Positions 20,701-31,451 are shown, counted from the whole stretch's first letter. The stretch: 63,988 nucleotides of DNA, filler included, from an uncultured Methanoregulaceae archaeon (GCA_964530035.1; 9 parts of 9 records of this genome joined end to end with filler, not necessarily neighbours in it); one strand, 5' to 3'. Notes: a model not told the origin generated them from the sequence alone. Translations and numbers: made by a program.

Positions 20701-22274
20701 CCAAGTCGCTTCTTCATGTACGGTCCCGTTCGCACATATCCGTGACGGCGGTAATACGGCCTGACCCCGATGCCGCTCATGACTGCAAGGTGCTCATAGC
20801 CCCTCATAGCCGAAAGGTGTTCCGCTGTGTCAAGGAGATCGCCACCCACGTTCAGGTGCTGGTGTTCTCCCGTATCCGGGCGGCTGCCGAGGGGGACCAT
20901 CGCACCGTACACGTGGAGCTCCCGGAGGAGGGCAGACTCCTCAAGCTCCGGCCTCCAGGGTTTACCGGGATACCGCAGACGTGCAAAGCCAACCAGGGAA
21001 TCACCCGCAGTGGCAGAGATGAAGATCTCAGTCCCCCCGCAACAGGAATATTCCATCGTGGTTATTGCCGGCTTCTCTCCTGAAGGTGCACGACCGATCT
21101 CGCGGCAGCGGATACACCTGCAGGAGAGCCCCTGTTCCATGAGGCGGTTGGCGGCCAGCTGCCTGAAGTTGCTGTGGCGTGACCCGGCGGTTATGAGACG
21201 TGCCGGGATGTCCCGCTGGATACGCTGGAGCCGCACGTATTCCGGGAGACAGGACTTCCCGAAGGCAATCAGGTCGATGAGTTCCTTCTCTTCATACGGC
21301 GAGTAGAGGCCCTTTTTGTGGAGGTCCTCAATCTCGGATCCCGGAGTGACCAGCGTAGGATAGATCTTCAGGAAATCAGGCCTGAAACGGTCGTCGGAAA
21401 ACAAACGTTCAAACATGCACCTGTCCTTTTCAGGCGAGCTTCCGGGAAGGTTCGGCATGACATGGAAACCCACCTTGAGACCCGCGTCCCGGAGCAGGGT
21501 GTTTGCCTCGATGGTGTCGCCTGTATCGCATCCACGACGGTTGTAGGAGAGGATCTCATCATCAATCTGCTGGACCCCGAGCTCTACCTTCGTGACACCG
21601 AGGCCGAGCATTGTATCGACCTGTTCCCTCCGGCACCAGTCAGGCCTGGTCTCGAAGGTGATCGCGATGCAGCGGACCCGTGCATGCTCGTTTGCAGATG
21701 CGAGAGCCTCTACCTCAGGTACCGGTCTTTTATCAGGAAGACCCGGGTAGGCGTTCATCGCTTCGAGGCATGCCCCGACAACTTCCTCCTGGTATGAGAC
21801 GGGCCGTGCCGTGATCGTACCTCCCATGACGATGAGCTCGGCCTTGTCGACGTGGTGTCCAAGGGACTCGAACTGGGAGAGCCTGGCATGGACCTGGTCA
21901 TACGGGTCGTAATGATGCTCCCTTGCACGTTTTGCTGCCGGTTCCTCTCCCGTATAACTCTGGGGCGAGTGGAAGGGATGGTCAGGCCCTCCCGGACAAG
22001 GGAGGCATTTCCCATGGGGGCAGGGCCAGGGAGAGGTCATTACAGCGATAGGGGCGACCCCGGAAAGGGTACGGGTCGGTTTCACCTGGAACCACCGGCG
22101 CAGGACTTCCCGCTCATCAGGCGTTGCAGCAGCGAGTATCAGTGAGTTCTTTGGAACCGCTGCAAGCTTGAACCGGCGTGAAGCCCAACGTTTTATCCTG
22201 TCAATATCCCGCTCCCCTTCAGGGAGCGAAAAAAAACGGGCGATGATCTCCCGGCATATCCGGGTCTCATCCAT
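20697..22274 (-). CDS. elp3: tRNA U34 carboxymethylation radical SAM/GNAT enzyme Elp3
   Basis: RTLSGVA, CPHGKCLPCPGG, ETRPD, KIYPTLV, RELHVYG, SGIGVRPYY. Confidence 0.95.
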   Translation of the reverse strand: MDETRICREIIARFFSLPEGERDIDRIKRWASRRFKLAAVPKNSLILAAATPDEREVLRRWFQVKPTRTLSGVAPIAVMTSPWPCPHGKCLPCPGGPDHPFHSPQSYTGEEPAAKRAREHHYDPYDQVHARLSQFESLGHHVDKAELIVMGGTITARPVSYQEEVVGACLEAMNAYPGLPDKRPVPEVEALASANEHARVRCIAITFETRPDWCRREQVDTMLGLGVTKVELGVQQIDDEILSYNRRGCDTGDTIEANTLLRDAGLKVGFHVMPNLPGSSPEKDRCMFERLFSDDRFRPDFLKIYPTLVTPGSEIEDLHKKGLYSPYEEKELIDLIAFGKSCLPEYVRLQRIQRDIPARLITAGSRHSNFRQLAANRLMEQGLSCRCIRCREIGRAPSGEKPAITTMEYSCCGGTEIFISATAGDSLVGFARLRYPGKPWRPELEESALLRELHVYGAMVPLGSRPDTGEHQHLNVGGDLLDTAEHLSAMRGYEHLAVMSGIGVRPYYRRHGYVRTGPYMKKRLG

Positions 22275-22281
22275 CCGGGTA

Positions 22282-22548
22282 TCAGTGTTCAATCGCGATC
22301 TGCTTGGGTGCAATTTCACTGGTATAATCGACCCTTATGGGGCGCTTATTGCGGACATAGCCCACGATTTCGTTGCCCAGCGTCAAAATTGCCTCTTTAT
22401 GACATTTCTTGTTTTTATGAATATGGACCGGCGAAATTGAAAGGTCTTCATATTGCCCCGCAGGGATGACCACCCCGCAATCATTCTCGTAATATTTGCG
22501 TATATGAACAAGAAGCATGTGTAAATGAAGCAATTCTTCTTTTTGCAC
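22282..22548 (-). CDS. UPF0058 family protein
   Basis: QKEELLHLH, Y..L.ISPVHIHKNK..HKEAI..LG. Confidence 0.88.
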   Translation of the reverse strand: MQKEELLHLHMLLVHIRKYYENDCGVVIPAGQYEDLSISPVHIHKNKKCHKEAILTLGNEIVGYVRNKRPIRVDYTSEIAPKQIAIEH

Positions 22549-22605
22549 GGTACCACCAATCCTTACAAAACACCTTTTCACGGTACCACATATAGTTTAT
22601 TGGTG

Positions 22606-23520
22606 ATGTTTATATCAACGCTCGACCGGGTAGAGGGGCTGCTCATTGGGCTTGCAACAGGGGACGCGTTGGGTGCGCCCTTTGAAGGGCGTGAAGGAAC
22701 GGGTTTTTCCGTCAGGGAGATGTATTCCGGGGGGCTCCATGAACGGAAGGCGGGCGAGGTGACCGATGACACCCTGCAGGCAATGGCCGTGGCCGGTTCG
22801 CTTGTACATTGCCACGGATTCAACCCGGGAGACCTCGTGACCCGTTTGATTGCCGGATATTCAACTTCATCCGAGTGGTACGGCCCCACGTCATCACGGG
22901 TCTTCGACCTCATCCTCCGGGGACAGGACCCCTTTATGGCTGCAAAAACCGTGTACTCCTGCTCCGGGATGAAACGGACGAACGGGAGTGTCATGAGGGG
23001 TCCACCCATCGGCGTTGCATTCTCCGGCCCGGACCTCGAAAAGGTCAGCCTCCTCTGTTCCCGGCTTACCCATGCGGACAGTACCTCAGGCTGGTGCTCG
23101 GCATTTATCAACCGGATGGCAAGCCGCCTCGTGAGGGGTGCCCCGAGGCAGGCAGCATTCGAGGATGCCTGCAGCCGGTGTCGTGACCCGGAAGTACTCG
23201 GGCGGCTTGGCCTGTTCAGGGAGTATGAACCCGTTTCGTCTATCGATTCCGTTCTCAGCACCCATGCCGCACTCTGGGCATTCATGACGACCGGGTCCTT
23301 CAGGGAGGCGGTCGGGACCGCTGCAGGCCTGGGTGGTGATGCGGACACCGTTGCCGCCGTCTGCGGGGCACTCGCCGGGTCTTATTACGGGATATCGTCA
23401 GTCCCGGCACGGTGGCTCATCCGGCTGCAATACCGGGAAAGCCTGTTCCGGCTTGCGGACACTCTTTATTCTACCTTTATGCCGGTCCGGGCGCTAGGGG
23501 CGGACGGTCACGTGTTTTAA
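22606..23520 (+). CDS. ADP-ribosylglycohydrolase family protein
   Basis: GDALGAPFE, TDDT, NGSVMR, LTH, GGDADT. Confidence 0.92.
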   Translation: MFISTLDRVEGLLIGLATGDALGAPFEGREGTGFSVREMYSGGLHERKAGEVTDDTLQAMAVAGSLVHCHGFNPGDLVTRLIAGYSTSSEWYGPTSSRVFDLILRGQDPFMAAKTVYSCSGMKRTNGSVMRGPPIGVAFSGPDLEKVSLLCSRLTHADSTSGWCSAFINRMASRLVRGAPRQAAFEDACSRCRDPEVLGRLGLFREYEPVSSIDSVLSTHAALWAFMTTGSFREAVGTAAGLGGDADTVAAVCGALAGSYYGISSVPARWLIRLQYRESLFRLADTLYSTFMPVRALGADGHVF

Positions 23521-23549
23521 TGTCCGGCCTTTTTCACATTCGACATCCG

Positions 23550-23649
23550 NNNNNNNNNNNNNNNNNNNNNNNNNNNNNNNNNNNNNNNNNNNNTTAATTA
23601 ATTAANNNNNNNNNNNNNNNNNNNNNNNNNNNNNNNNNNNNNNNNNNNN
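23550..23649. other. Artificial contig-join spacer
   Basis: N-run with TTAATTAATTAA. Confidence 0.98.
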
Positions 23650-23981
23650 AGGCGTTCGATGGTGATGACACGTTCCACAAGAAGTGAGAGGACCGCCGCC
23701 TGGTACCCGCTACCGGTCCCGATCTCGAGGACCCAGTCCTCAGGGGAGGGGCGGAGGAGCTCGGTCATGACGGCAACAATATAAGGCTGCGAAATCGTCT
23801 GGCCCTCACCTATAGGCAGGGGGCGGTCGTCATATGCGACCCGGCTGATCGCCGGGGGGACAAAACGGTGGCGTGGTACTTCCTTCATCGCCGCAAGAAC
23901 ACTGGGGTCAGAAACACCCCTGGCCCGGATCTGGTGCTCGACCATCGAACTGCGTTCCGGTTCCCGGTCTCCACCCAGCAT
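23650..23981 (-). CDS. pcm: Protein-L-isoaspartate O-methyltransferase, truncated
   Basis: [31 protein letters not shown]. Confidence 0.93.
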
Positions 23982-23990
23982 GGTATCCTT

Positions 23991-25103
23991 TCAGAACCCC
24001 GATTTTTCGGCTACGTCGATCGCACTGTCTATCTGGTCCTGCAACGCCTTCGGGAGACCTGCGATCCTGACATCCAGGAATCCCCTGATGATCGTAGAGG
24101 TGGCTACGTCCTCATCCAGTCCGCGTGCCATAAGATACTCGATCTCTTCCTTTGCGATCTTCCCCACGGCGGCCTCGTGAGAGAGCTCGGTCCCGACAAC
24201 CGTCCCTTCGATTTCCGGGATGGCATAAATCCTGCCATCCTCAAGGATAAGTCCCTTGCATTCAAGGTGCCCCCTGGAACCAGCTACTTTCCCATGGATA
24301 TGCCCGCGGGAGATTATGGTGCCACCCTTGGTTATCGCCCTCGTCACAAGCTCGGCACTCGAACCTGCACCTTCCAGCACCGCCCGCGACCCGAGATCAA
24401 GGTATGATCCGGGAGGGGCTATGACGATGCTGCTGAACCGTGCCACTGCCCGGTCTCCCTTCAGAGTTGCCGAGGGGTACATCTGGACCTTCTTCACGGG
24501 TTTCATATTGACATAGTTCGAGAGAAATACCCCGTCCTCTTCAACCACCGAAGCGGAACGGGGGTACACCTCGATCTCCTCTCCCCACGTGTGGATCATC
24601 GTAAAGGAGAGTTTCGCACCCTTTCCAACATAGAACTCGCTGATGCCGTAGTGAGCTCCACCCTTTCCAACGGCATGGCCGCTCGTACACCCGGAGATGA
24701 TGTGGAGCTCGGATCCTTCCTCGGCGATGATGATGTTATGAACATGCTGGATCTGTTCCCGGCCGAGATAGAGGCAGGCCTGGATGGGGAGGATATTCCT
24801 GCTCCCTTTCCTGGCAATGATGACATAGCCCTTCGGATCTGCCTGAGCTGCGACATACCTCGTGATGTCGTCCTTGTCAGCCGGGACTACCTTCCAGGAG
24901 TAGCGGGATAACCAGTCGTACTTTTCGAGCGCGGCCTTCACCGAAAGGACCTCGATACCTGACTCCGAGCAGGTGGCATGTACCACGTCCTGGTCCATCT
25001 GGAGGTAGCTGCCACACCGGTTGTCAAGGGTAAGTTCAATACCCGACTGGGCGAGCCGTTCACGGTCCTCCTTGGCGAGGTTATCGGGACCTACCGGCGG
25101 CAT
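23991..25103 (-). CDS. sufB: SufB/SufD family Fe-S assembly scaffold
   Basis: Beta-helix; HLECKGL, PE, LSHEAAVGKI...YLMARGL. Confidence 0.9.
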   Translation of the reverse strand: MPPVGPDNLAKEDRERLAQSGIELTLDNRCGSYLQMDQDVVHATCSESGIEVLSVKAALEKYDWLSRYSWKVVPADKDDITRYVAAQADPKGYVIIARKGSRNILPIQACLYLGREQIQHVHNIIIAEEGSELHIISGCTSGHAVGKGGAHYGISEFYVGKGAKLSFTMIHTWGEEIEVYPRSASVVEEDGVFLSNYVNMKPVKKVQMYPSATLKGDRAVARFSSIVIAPPGSYLDLGSRAVLEGAGSSAELVTRAITKGGTIISRGHIHGKVAGSRGHLECKGLILEDGRIYAIPEIEGTVVGTELSHEAAVGKIAKEEIEYLMARGLDEDVATSTIIRGFLDVRIAGLPKALQDQIDSAIDVAEKSGF

Positions 25104-25819
25104 TCGAGGCACTCCCTGTACCCGCGGTTCTTGATGTCTTTTAATATCTCCCGCGGGTTTCCATGACACTTGATCATGCCGTCACACATCATATGGCCTC
25201 TGTCGGCCTCCAGATAATCGAGGATGTACCCCGTGTGCGTGATAATGAGCCCACTTTTTTTCCGCTTGAGAATCTGCTTGTTCTTGTCGAGAAGCTCCCC
25301 TATTGCCGACCCGATCAGGGATATGTTTTCCAGGTCCACCCCGCTTTCGGGCTCATCCAGCATTACAAAGTCGGGTTTCTGTGCCGTCAGCTGGAGTACT
25401 TCGCTGCGCTTGATCTCCCCTCCGGAAAAACCCTTGTTGATATCACGGTCAAGGAACCGCTCCATGTTGAGCTTCCTGGCAAGAGCGGATATTTCATCCT
25501 CCGAAGACCCCGATGTTGCGGCAAGGAGGGACTTGAGCTTCAAACCGGATATCGTAGGCGGCCGCTGGAACATGAGTCCTATCCCCATCTTCGCACGTTC
25601 ATGTACAGGCATCCGGGTAATGTCCTCTCCCTTGAAGCGGATCGTCCCGGATTTCACCCGGTAGTTGCCAAAACCCATGATCGTCATGAGAAGGGTGCTC
25701 TTCCCTGTCCCGTTCGGTCCCATCAGGACATGGGTCTCCCCGTCAGGGACCTCGAGGTTGATGTCGTGAAGGACCTCGCGTTCCCCTATTTCCACATGAA
25801 GGTCAGATATCTCAAGCAT
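25091..25819 (-). CDS. sufC: SufC-like ABC ATPase
   Basis: GPNGTGKS, FSGGEIKR, LDEPESG, IITH. Confidence 0.92.
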   Translation of the reverse strand: MLEISDLHVEIGEREVLHDINLEVPDGETHVLMGPNGTGKSTLLMTIMGFGNYRVKSGTIRFKGEDITRMPVHERAKMGIGLMFQRPPTISGLKLKSLLAATSGSSEDEISALARKLNMERFLDRDINKGFSGGEIKRSEVLQLTAQKPDFVMLDEPESGVDLENISLIGSAIGELLDKNKQILKRKKSGLIITHTGYILDYLEADRGHMMCDGMIKCHGNPREILKDIKNRGYRECLECRR

Positions 25820-25932
25820 CCATTATCACTGAAACAAATCATCCCCTACAAAGAAAAACGTATTTAAAATACACCAGGGGCGACACAATAAAAAACCGTT
25901 GTGGGGAGTGTTTTTCCGCATACCGGGCGGAA

Positions 25933-26718
25933 TCAGGCACCTGTTTCCCGGGCAAGGAGTTCCGGCAGTTCAGCAATGGACCCTATGATGAAGTCCGGCG
26001 GGACTGGTGCATTGTGGAGGGTGCTGTAACGAAACTTGCCGGTCCTTACCAGTATACCCTTCATTCCTGCCTGCATGGCCCCTCCGGTATCCGTAATAAC
26101 ATCATCGCCTGCCATGGCTGCCTCTGCTGCGCCGATGCCGATGCTTTCAAGGGCCATGCTAAAGAATGACCTGGAGGGCTTGCCGATAAGGATCGCCTCC
26201 GTCGATGCGGCATATTCCAGTGCCTTCACATATGGGCCTGCAGAAAGCATCAGCCCACCTGTGCCCATCCAGTACCTGTCCACCTCAAGCGCAACGAGGG
26301 CTGCTCCCTGGAGGACATCCCTGAACGCCCGGGTCATGGCCTGATAGGTGAAACGCTCGCCGGCATCCCCGACGACGACCGCCGAGGGATTGTCAGAGGA
26401 AACGGCGATTCCGGCTGCCAACAGGTCGCGGTCCATGTCTCCGGTGAAGAGGACATTGCATTGGGAATATCCCTGTTTTAAGAGCCATGCAGATGCTGCG
26501 ACGGCGGGTGTGAAGATATCTGCCTCATCAACAGAAAGCCCCATGGCCTGGAGCCGTTTCGCAATGGTCGCACGGCACTTGCGTGTCGTGTTGGAAATAA
26601 AACGGAACGGGATGTCCTGATCCCTGAGATAGGCCAGTGCAGCAGCAGCTCCAGGTACGGGCACATCCCCGGTATATATCACCCCATCAAGGTCGATTAG
26701 CATGCCTTTTATTTTCAT
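25933..26718 (-). CDS. HAD-IIA hydrolase (LHPP/HDHD2-like)
   Basis: DLDGV, SNTT, IGKPS, GDD, VRTGK. Confidence 0.9.
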   Translation of the reverse strand: MKIKGMLIDLDGVIYTGDVPVPGAAAALAYLRDQDIPFRFISNTTRKCRATIAKRLQAMGLSVDEADIFTPAVAASAWLLKQGYSQCNVLFTGDMDRDLLAAGIAVSSDNPSAVVVGDAGERFTYQAMTRAFRDVLQGAALVALEVDRYWMGTGGLMLSAGPYVKALEYAASTEAILIGKPSRSFFSMALESIGIGAAEAAMAGDDVITDTGGAMQAGMKGILVRTGKFRYSTLHNAPVPPDFIIGSIAELPELLARETGA

Positions 26719-26924
26719 GAAATTCCCTCTGGCGCCGTATTTTCACGGCATATATCATTCCGTCCTTCTGCGGGCATACCCTGTAACACTCAATACCTCT
26801 CCAAGGAGTCCGTTTCTGTAGGGGCCGGATCAGCAACCTGGTAATTCCCTTGTGACATTCTTCACTGGGAATGATCCACTCATGGTTTATCCAGGTCCCT
26901 AAAAAAAAGGGGCACTTTCACACC

Positions 26925-28043
26925 ATGCGGCAGAGGTTCATCTGCACTCCGGATGACCTCGTTTCAGGAATGGATTCCGTATCCGTATTCCAGTTTGGAT
27001 CTATCAGCCGCCGTTTGCGGGAACGGACAGACCAGAAACGGGATTTCTCAATAATTAACAACGACAACATATTCAGGGCGGGTTTTTCCAATGCTCCCGT
27101 ATTCGAATCTGATTACGCGGAAATCACAGATTACCTCAACCATCTCTCCCAGTCCTGCGAAGGTCTCTCCTTTGCGGATGTCTTCCCCGGCACGGTTATT
27201 GATACTGACGACGGGCCAGCCTACGATGTGGTAACCCGCATACCTGTCAATTATCCAGTATTCACAAGAGAGGTGGTGGTTTCACGGATACTCTCATGCC
27301 TGACACTTGTCCGGGGGATCGGACGGGCCACTGAGCATTCACTCCGGATGAGGGGCTGCAGGTCTGTCCGTGACCTTCTCCACTCGCGGCGGTACGGGGA
27401 TCAGGCCGCCAATATCATCAGGATTGCTGAAAGGGGGAATGCCGCAGAGGTATCCAGCCTCCTCTCCGGGTGGCTCCCTCCCAGCCATCCCCTCATGCTC
27501 CTCGGGTCTTCTCTCCACGACACCGGCAGGGTGGTGTTCCTTGATCTTGAAACCCTTGGGTTCTTCAACCGACCGGTAATCCTCATAGGAATTGGCATGA
27601 TCCATAAGGACCTCCTCGAGGTCCACCAGATAGTCCTGCGGGACATTGATGAGGAACCTGCGGCACTCGCAGCAGCCAGGTCGTACCTCAACGCGGATTC
27701 CGTCCTGATGAGTTACAATGGAAAAGCATTCGACGAAAGATATGCCTATTATGGCGAACGCCCCCCCCTGACCCCGGTCCATTTTGACCTGCTCCATTTC
27801 GCCCGCAGGCAGTACCGCTGCCGGATGCCTGACTGCAGGCTCTCTACCCTGGAGAAACACCTCTTCTCAGTAGAGCGCGGAACGGATGTCCCAAGCGCTA
27901 TGGTCCCGGAATGCTATGAACGGTACCGCTCAACAGGAAATGCAGGAGTCCTCGTACCCGTAGTAGCACATAACCTTCAGGATATCATCTCTCTTGCCAT
28001 GCTCGCTGGTCACCTGATTGGGGGCACTTGTGACCACTGCTGA
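26925..28043 (+). CDS. RNase H-like (DEDD) exonuclease, YprB/MrfB-like, with HhH
   Basis: VRGIGRATE HhH, FLDLETLG, SYNGKAFD, HFDLLH, HNLQD. Confidence 0.85.
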   Translation: MRQRFICTPDDLVSGMDSVSVFQFGSISRRLRERTDQKRDFSIINNDNIFRAGFSNAPVFESDYAEITDYLNHLSQSCEGLSFADVFPGTVIDTDDGPAYDVVTRIPVNYPVFTREVVVSRILSCLTLVRGIGRATEHSLRMRGCRSVRDLLHSRRYGDQAANIIRIAERGNAAEVSSLLSGWLPPSHPLMLLGSSLHDTGRVVFLDLETLGFFNRPVILIGIGMIHKDLLEVHQIVLRDIDEEPAALAAARSYLNADSVLMSYNGKAFDERYAYYGERPPLTPVHFDLLHFARRQYRCRMPDCRLSTLEKHLFSVERGTDVPSAMVPECYERYRSTGNAGVLVPVVAHNLQDIISLAMLAGHLIGGTCDHC

Positions 28044-30306
28044 TTTTCTCAATGCCCTCTGCCATGATCCCCGTTTCGCAGCCGGCATATGTCATGTCGA
28101 AGACCTCCCGAAGCAGGACGCCTCATACGGCGAGACGGTGGAGCCCCTGCCGGCCTCCATTTCAGGTTATTTAGACAGGCACGGGTTCCGGCTCTATACC
28201 CACCAGGCAGATGCGCTCGCCGCATTCCGGGACGGTGACAACGTCCTCCTGCGTACGTCCACAGCTTCGGGTAAGACCCTTGCCTTTACCCTGCCTGTCG
28301 CGGAAAGGATGGTTATCGACCCTGCAGCTACTGCACTTTTTCTGTATCCGACAAAGGCGCTTTCAAACGACCAGTTCCAGTTTCTCCAGGGGTTTGCAGC
28401 AGAGACCGGGATTTCCCTCACCCCGGCTCTGTATGACGGTGATACCCCAAGGGAACGGCGGGCTGCCATCCGCGACCGGTCCCGGGTCATCATATCAAAC
28501 CCGCATGAGCTCCACCAGGTCCTTGGGTGGCACCACCTGTTTGAACGGTTTCTGTCCAACCTTTCAGCGGTTGTCATCGACGAAGCACACCGCTACCGCG
28601 GGGTTGCGGGTTCAAACATGGCATTTCTCATCCGCCGCCTGAGAAGGCTCTGCGACAGGTATGGTTCCCGTCCCCGGTTTGTCATGGCAACGGCAACCAT
28701 AGGGAACCCGGGTGATTTTGCAGAACGGCTCCTTGGGCTCCCGGTGACCATCATCGAACGCGACGGGGCACCTCGCGCCAGAAAACAGTTCGTGTTCTAC
28801 AACCCTGTGAAAAACGACCGTTCTCCACACACCGATGCCTGTGATCTACTGTCGGCGGGTGTGAAGTATGGCCTCCAGACGATCTGCTTTTCAGGGTCAC
28901 GAAAGATGGCGGAGCTCATCAGCCGCTGGGCTGATGAGGCTTCCGGGCACCAGGATGCTGCGGGCAGGCCCCTCATTGCCACATACCGTGCCGGCTATCT
29001 TCCGGCAGAACGCAGGGACCTCGAACGGGGGTTGAAAGAGGGGACCATCAGGGGGGTAGTCGCCACGAACGCCCTCGAACTGGGTATTGACATCGGGTCA
29101 CTCGATGTCGTTATCATGGCAGGGTACCCGGGGACGCTCATGTCTGCATGGCAGCAGTCAGGCCGGGCCGGCAGAAAAACAGATGACTCACTTGCAGTAC
29201 TCATAGGGTACCAGAACCCCCTTGACCAGTATTACATGCAGCACCCTGCGGAGTTCTTTTCCAAAAACCATGAAGCCGCTGCCATTGACCTTTCCAACCC
29301 CTATATCCTGTCATCCCAGGTTTTATGTGCTGCATCTGAGATGCCGATTGTCCCGGCCCGTGACAAGCATTTTTTTGGAGCCTGTACGCCTGCCATCGTT
29401 GAAGCCCTCGAACAGGAGAACCTTGTAAAAAAGACCGGCAAAGGATATGTCTACTCTGGAAGAAAGCGCCCGGCCGATTTCGTCTCCATGGGAGGAGCTG
29501 AAGGTGAGACATATACTGTCCTGTGTGAGGGAAGGGTCCTTGAAACCATGGATCGAGGGCAGGCATTCCGCGAGGCCCACCCTGGGGCGGTCCTCCTTCA
29601 CCAGGGTATGCAGTACCTCTCGAGGGGACTTGACACCGGGACGCACCTCATCACCGTGGAGCCGGTCGAAGTCGATTATTATACCAAGCCGCTCAAGGAA
29701 GAGGAGGTAAGGGTGATCGGGACCAGGGATGCACGATGGATCGGTGACCTTGGCCTCAATTTCGGAGATGTTACCGTCCATGAACAATACACGGGTTTTA
29801 AAAAAATCCTTGACGGTGCAACAATAGCCGTTGAATCCCTTGATCTTCCGGCAATAGAGTTTAACACGACGGCAGTCTGGTTCGAACTTCCTTCGTCCCT
29901 CGTTCATGCGGTTTCCTCGAACGGGTCAGACCTCCATGGAGGGCTCCATGGTACGGAGCATGCACTGATTGGCATGTTTCCTTCAGTTGTCCTGTGCGAC
30001 AGGTGGGACATCGGGGGCCTTTCAGTCCCCGCTGCTCCACCTGGAGGAGGGCCGACCGTCTTCATCTATGACGGGTATGAAGGCGGTATCGGCCTTTCTG
30101 AGACCGCATATTACCGTTTTGAACACCTGGTAAGGACAACTGCCGACCTTGTCCGTTCCTGCGGATGCAGTGAGGGCTGCCCGGCATGCATCTATTCACC
30201 CAAATGCGGGAACGACAACCAGCCCCTTGACAAGGCCGCTACGTGCATGATACTCGGGCTTCTCCACGAAGAATGCATGAAAAACAACCTTCCCATGCAC
30301 GAGTGA
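28030..30306 (+). CDS. DEAH-box helicase with DUF1998 (MrfA/Hrq1/SftH-like)
   Basis: TASGKT, YPTKAL, DEAH, ALELGIDIG, GRAGR, C-terminal CGCSEGCPAC..C. Confidence 0.93.
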   Translation: MTTADFLNALCHDPRFAAGICHVEDLPKQDASYGETVEPLPASISGYLDRHGFRLYTHQADALAAFRDGDNVLLRTSTASGKTLAFTLPVAERMVIDPAATALFLYPTKALSNDQFQFLQGFAAETGISLTPALYDGDTPRERRAAIRDRSRVIISNPHELHQVLGWHHLFERFLSNLSAVVIDEAHRYRGVAGSNMAFLIRRLRRLCDRYGSRPRFVMATATIGNPGDFAERLLGLPVTIIERDGAPRARKQFVFYNPVKNDRSPHTDACDLLSAGVKYGLQTICFSGSRKMAELISRWADEASGHQDAAGRPLIATYRAGYLPAERRDLERGLKEGTIRGVVATNALELGIDIGSLDVVIMAGYPGTLMSAWQQSGRAGRKTDDSLAVLIGYQNPLDQYYMQHPAEFFSKNHEAAAIDLSNPYILSSQVLCAASEMPIVPARDKHFFGACTPAIVEALEQENLVKKTGKGYVYSGRKRPADFVSMGGAEGETYTVLCEGRVLETMDRGQAFREAHPGAVLLHQGMQYLSRGLDTGTHLITVEPVEVDYYTKPLKEEEVRVIGTRDARWIGDLGLNFGDVTVHEQYTGFKKILDGATIAVESLDLPAIEFNTTAVWFELPSSLVHAVSSNGSDLHGGLHGTEHALIGMFPSVVLCDRWDIGGLSVPAAPPGGGPTVFIYDGYEGGIGLSETAYYRFEHLVRTTADLVRSCGCSEGCPACIYSPKCGNDNQPLDKAATCMILGLLHEECMKNNLPMHE

Positions 30307-30367
30307 ATAGGGATTGGCCCGGGCCGAATATCCACCGCTGGACTCTGAAAAAAGAAAGTGCCGGAAC

Positions 30368-30940
30368 CTACATCGAAAAACCAAGCTTCCCGGTCGTTTT
30401 TGGGATCCCCCAGGTCTTGTTGAGTACTTCTATTATCGTATCGGCAAACTCCTGGGCAGCTTCAGGGGAACTTGCCGTAACTATCCTGCCATCGACAACG
30501 ACCGGCTTATCGATATAGATGGCATCACCTTTCATGAGTTCATGAACGGCATTGTGGGTCTTGAAGACCGTGGCCTTTTTCTTTTTCATGATACCAGCGG
30601 CAGACAGGACAACTGGCGCGAGGCATATCGCCGCGATCATTTTTTCACGCATATAGAATACCTTGATGAGTTCAATCAGGTCACGGTTTTTCCACAGGTG
30701 AACCGGTGATCCAGGGCCCCCCACGATGACAATCCCGTCGTACTCATCGAACTGCTCCTTTTCAAACAGAGTGTAGAAATCCCTGGTGGCTGTGACGCGT
30801 CCCCCAAGCACGCCCTTGCAGGTCCCTTCGCGGGTGGAGGCTATATCAAATGATATCCCATTCTTTTTGAAAACTGCCATAGGAACTTCAATTTCTTCGT
30901 CACGGTAGTTTTCAGGTGAAACCGCGAACAGCACTTTCAT
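30368..30940 (-). CDS. DJ-1/PfpI family protein
   Basis: YRDEE, VGGPG, AAICLAP, VVVDGRIVTA. Confidence 0.92.
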   Translation of the reverse strand: MKVLFAVSPENYRDEEIEVPMAVFKKNGISFDIASTREGTCKGVLGGRVTATRDFYTLFEKEQFDEYDGIVIVGGPGSPVHLWKNRDLIELIKVFYMREKMIAAICLAPVVLSAAGIMKKKKATVFKTHNAVHELMKGDAIYIDKPVVVDGRIVTASSPEAAQEFADTIIEVLNKTWGIPKTTGKLGFSM

Positions 30941-31138
30941 ACCCGTATATCACTCTCACGCCACATAACAGTATTGAACTTGGAAAAGACCTGATTATCA
31001 CCGGATAAGATAATGTCAGGCTTCCCGGGTGGGATCGAGGGGCACCGCTACCAGGGAAATGACCTTTATAAAGCCGGATTACTGCACAGGGAGTTAAAAT
31101 ACGTCATTTCCAACCACTGAGGGATGGTTCGGGCGGGA

Positions 31139-31351
31139 TCAGTCAATGAGGACGAGCCCGAATGACTGAACCGAGCTGTGAACAATCTTTCCATACTCCA
31201 GGTCCCTGCAGGGGATGGTACTGACCCGCCATCCGGCCCTTGAAGCGGTCTTAAAGACGTCAATGCCCGCTGCCTCCATGCTGGGCCGCACGAGGTCCAT
31301 GTGGCGGCAGAGCCTTCTCATGCTCTCGTCGACAGGTCCCTGTGCGTCTTC
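31139..31351 (-). CDS. DUF2284-type metal-binding protein, C-terminal fragment
   Basis: CRH.DLVRPSMEAAGIDVFKTA...FGLVLID. Confidence 0.75.
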   Translation of the reverse strand, partial: EDAQGPVDESMRRLCRHMDLVRPSMEAAGIDVFKTASRAGWRVSTIPCRDLEYGKIVHSSVQSFGLVLID

Positions 31352-31451
31352 NNNNNNNNNNNNNNNNNNNNNNNNNNNNNNNNNNNNNNNNNNNNTTAAT
31401 TAATTAANNNNNNNNNNNNNNNNNNNNNNNNNNNNNNNNNNNNNNNNNNNN
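31352..31451. other. Artificial contig-join spacer
   Basis: N-run with TTAATTAATTAA. Confidence 0.98.

Noticed and set aside
22606..23520. ADP-ribosylglycohydrolase as antitoxin of a defence system
   Set aside because: No ADP-ribosyltransferase on the contig, which ends right after; the family is common in methanogens.
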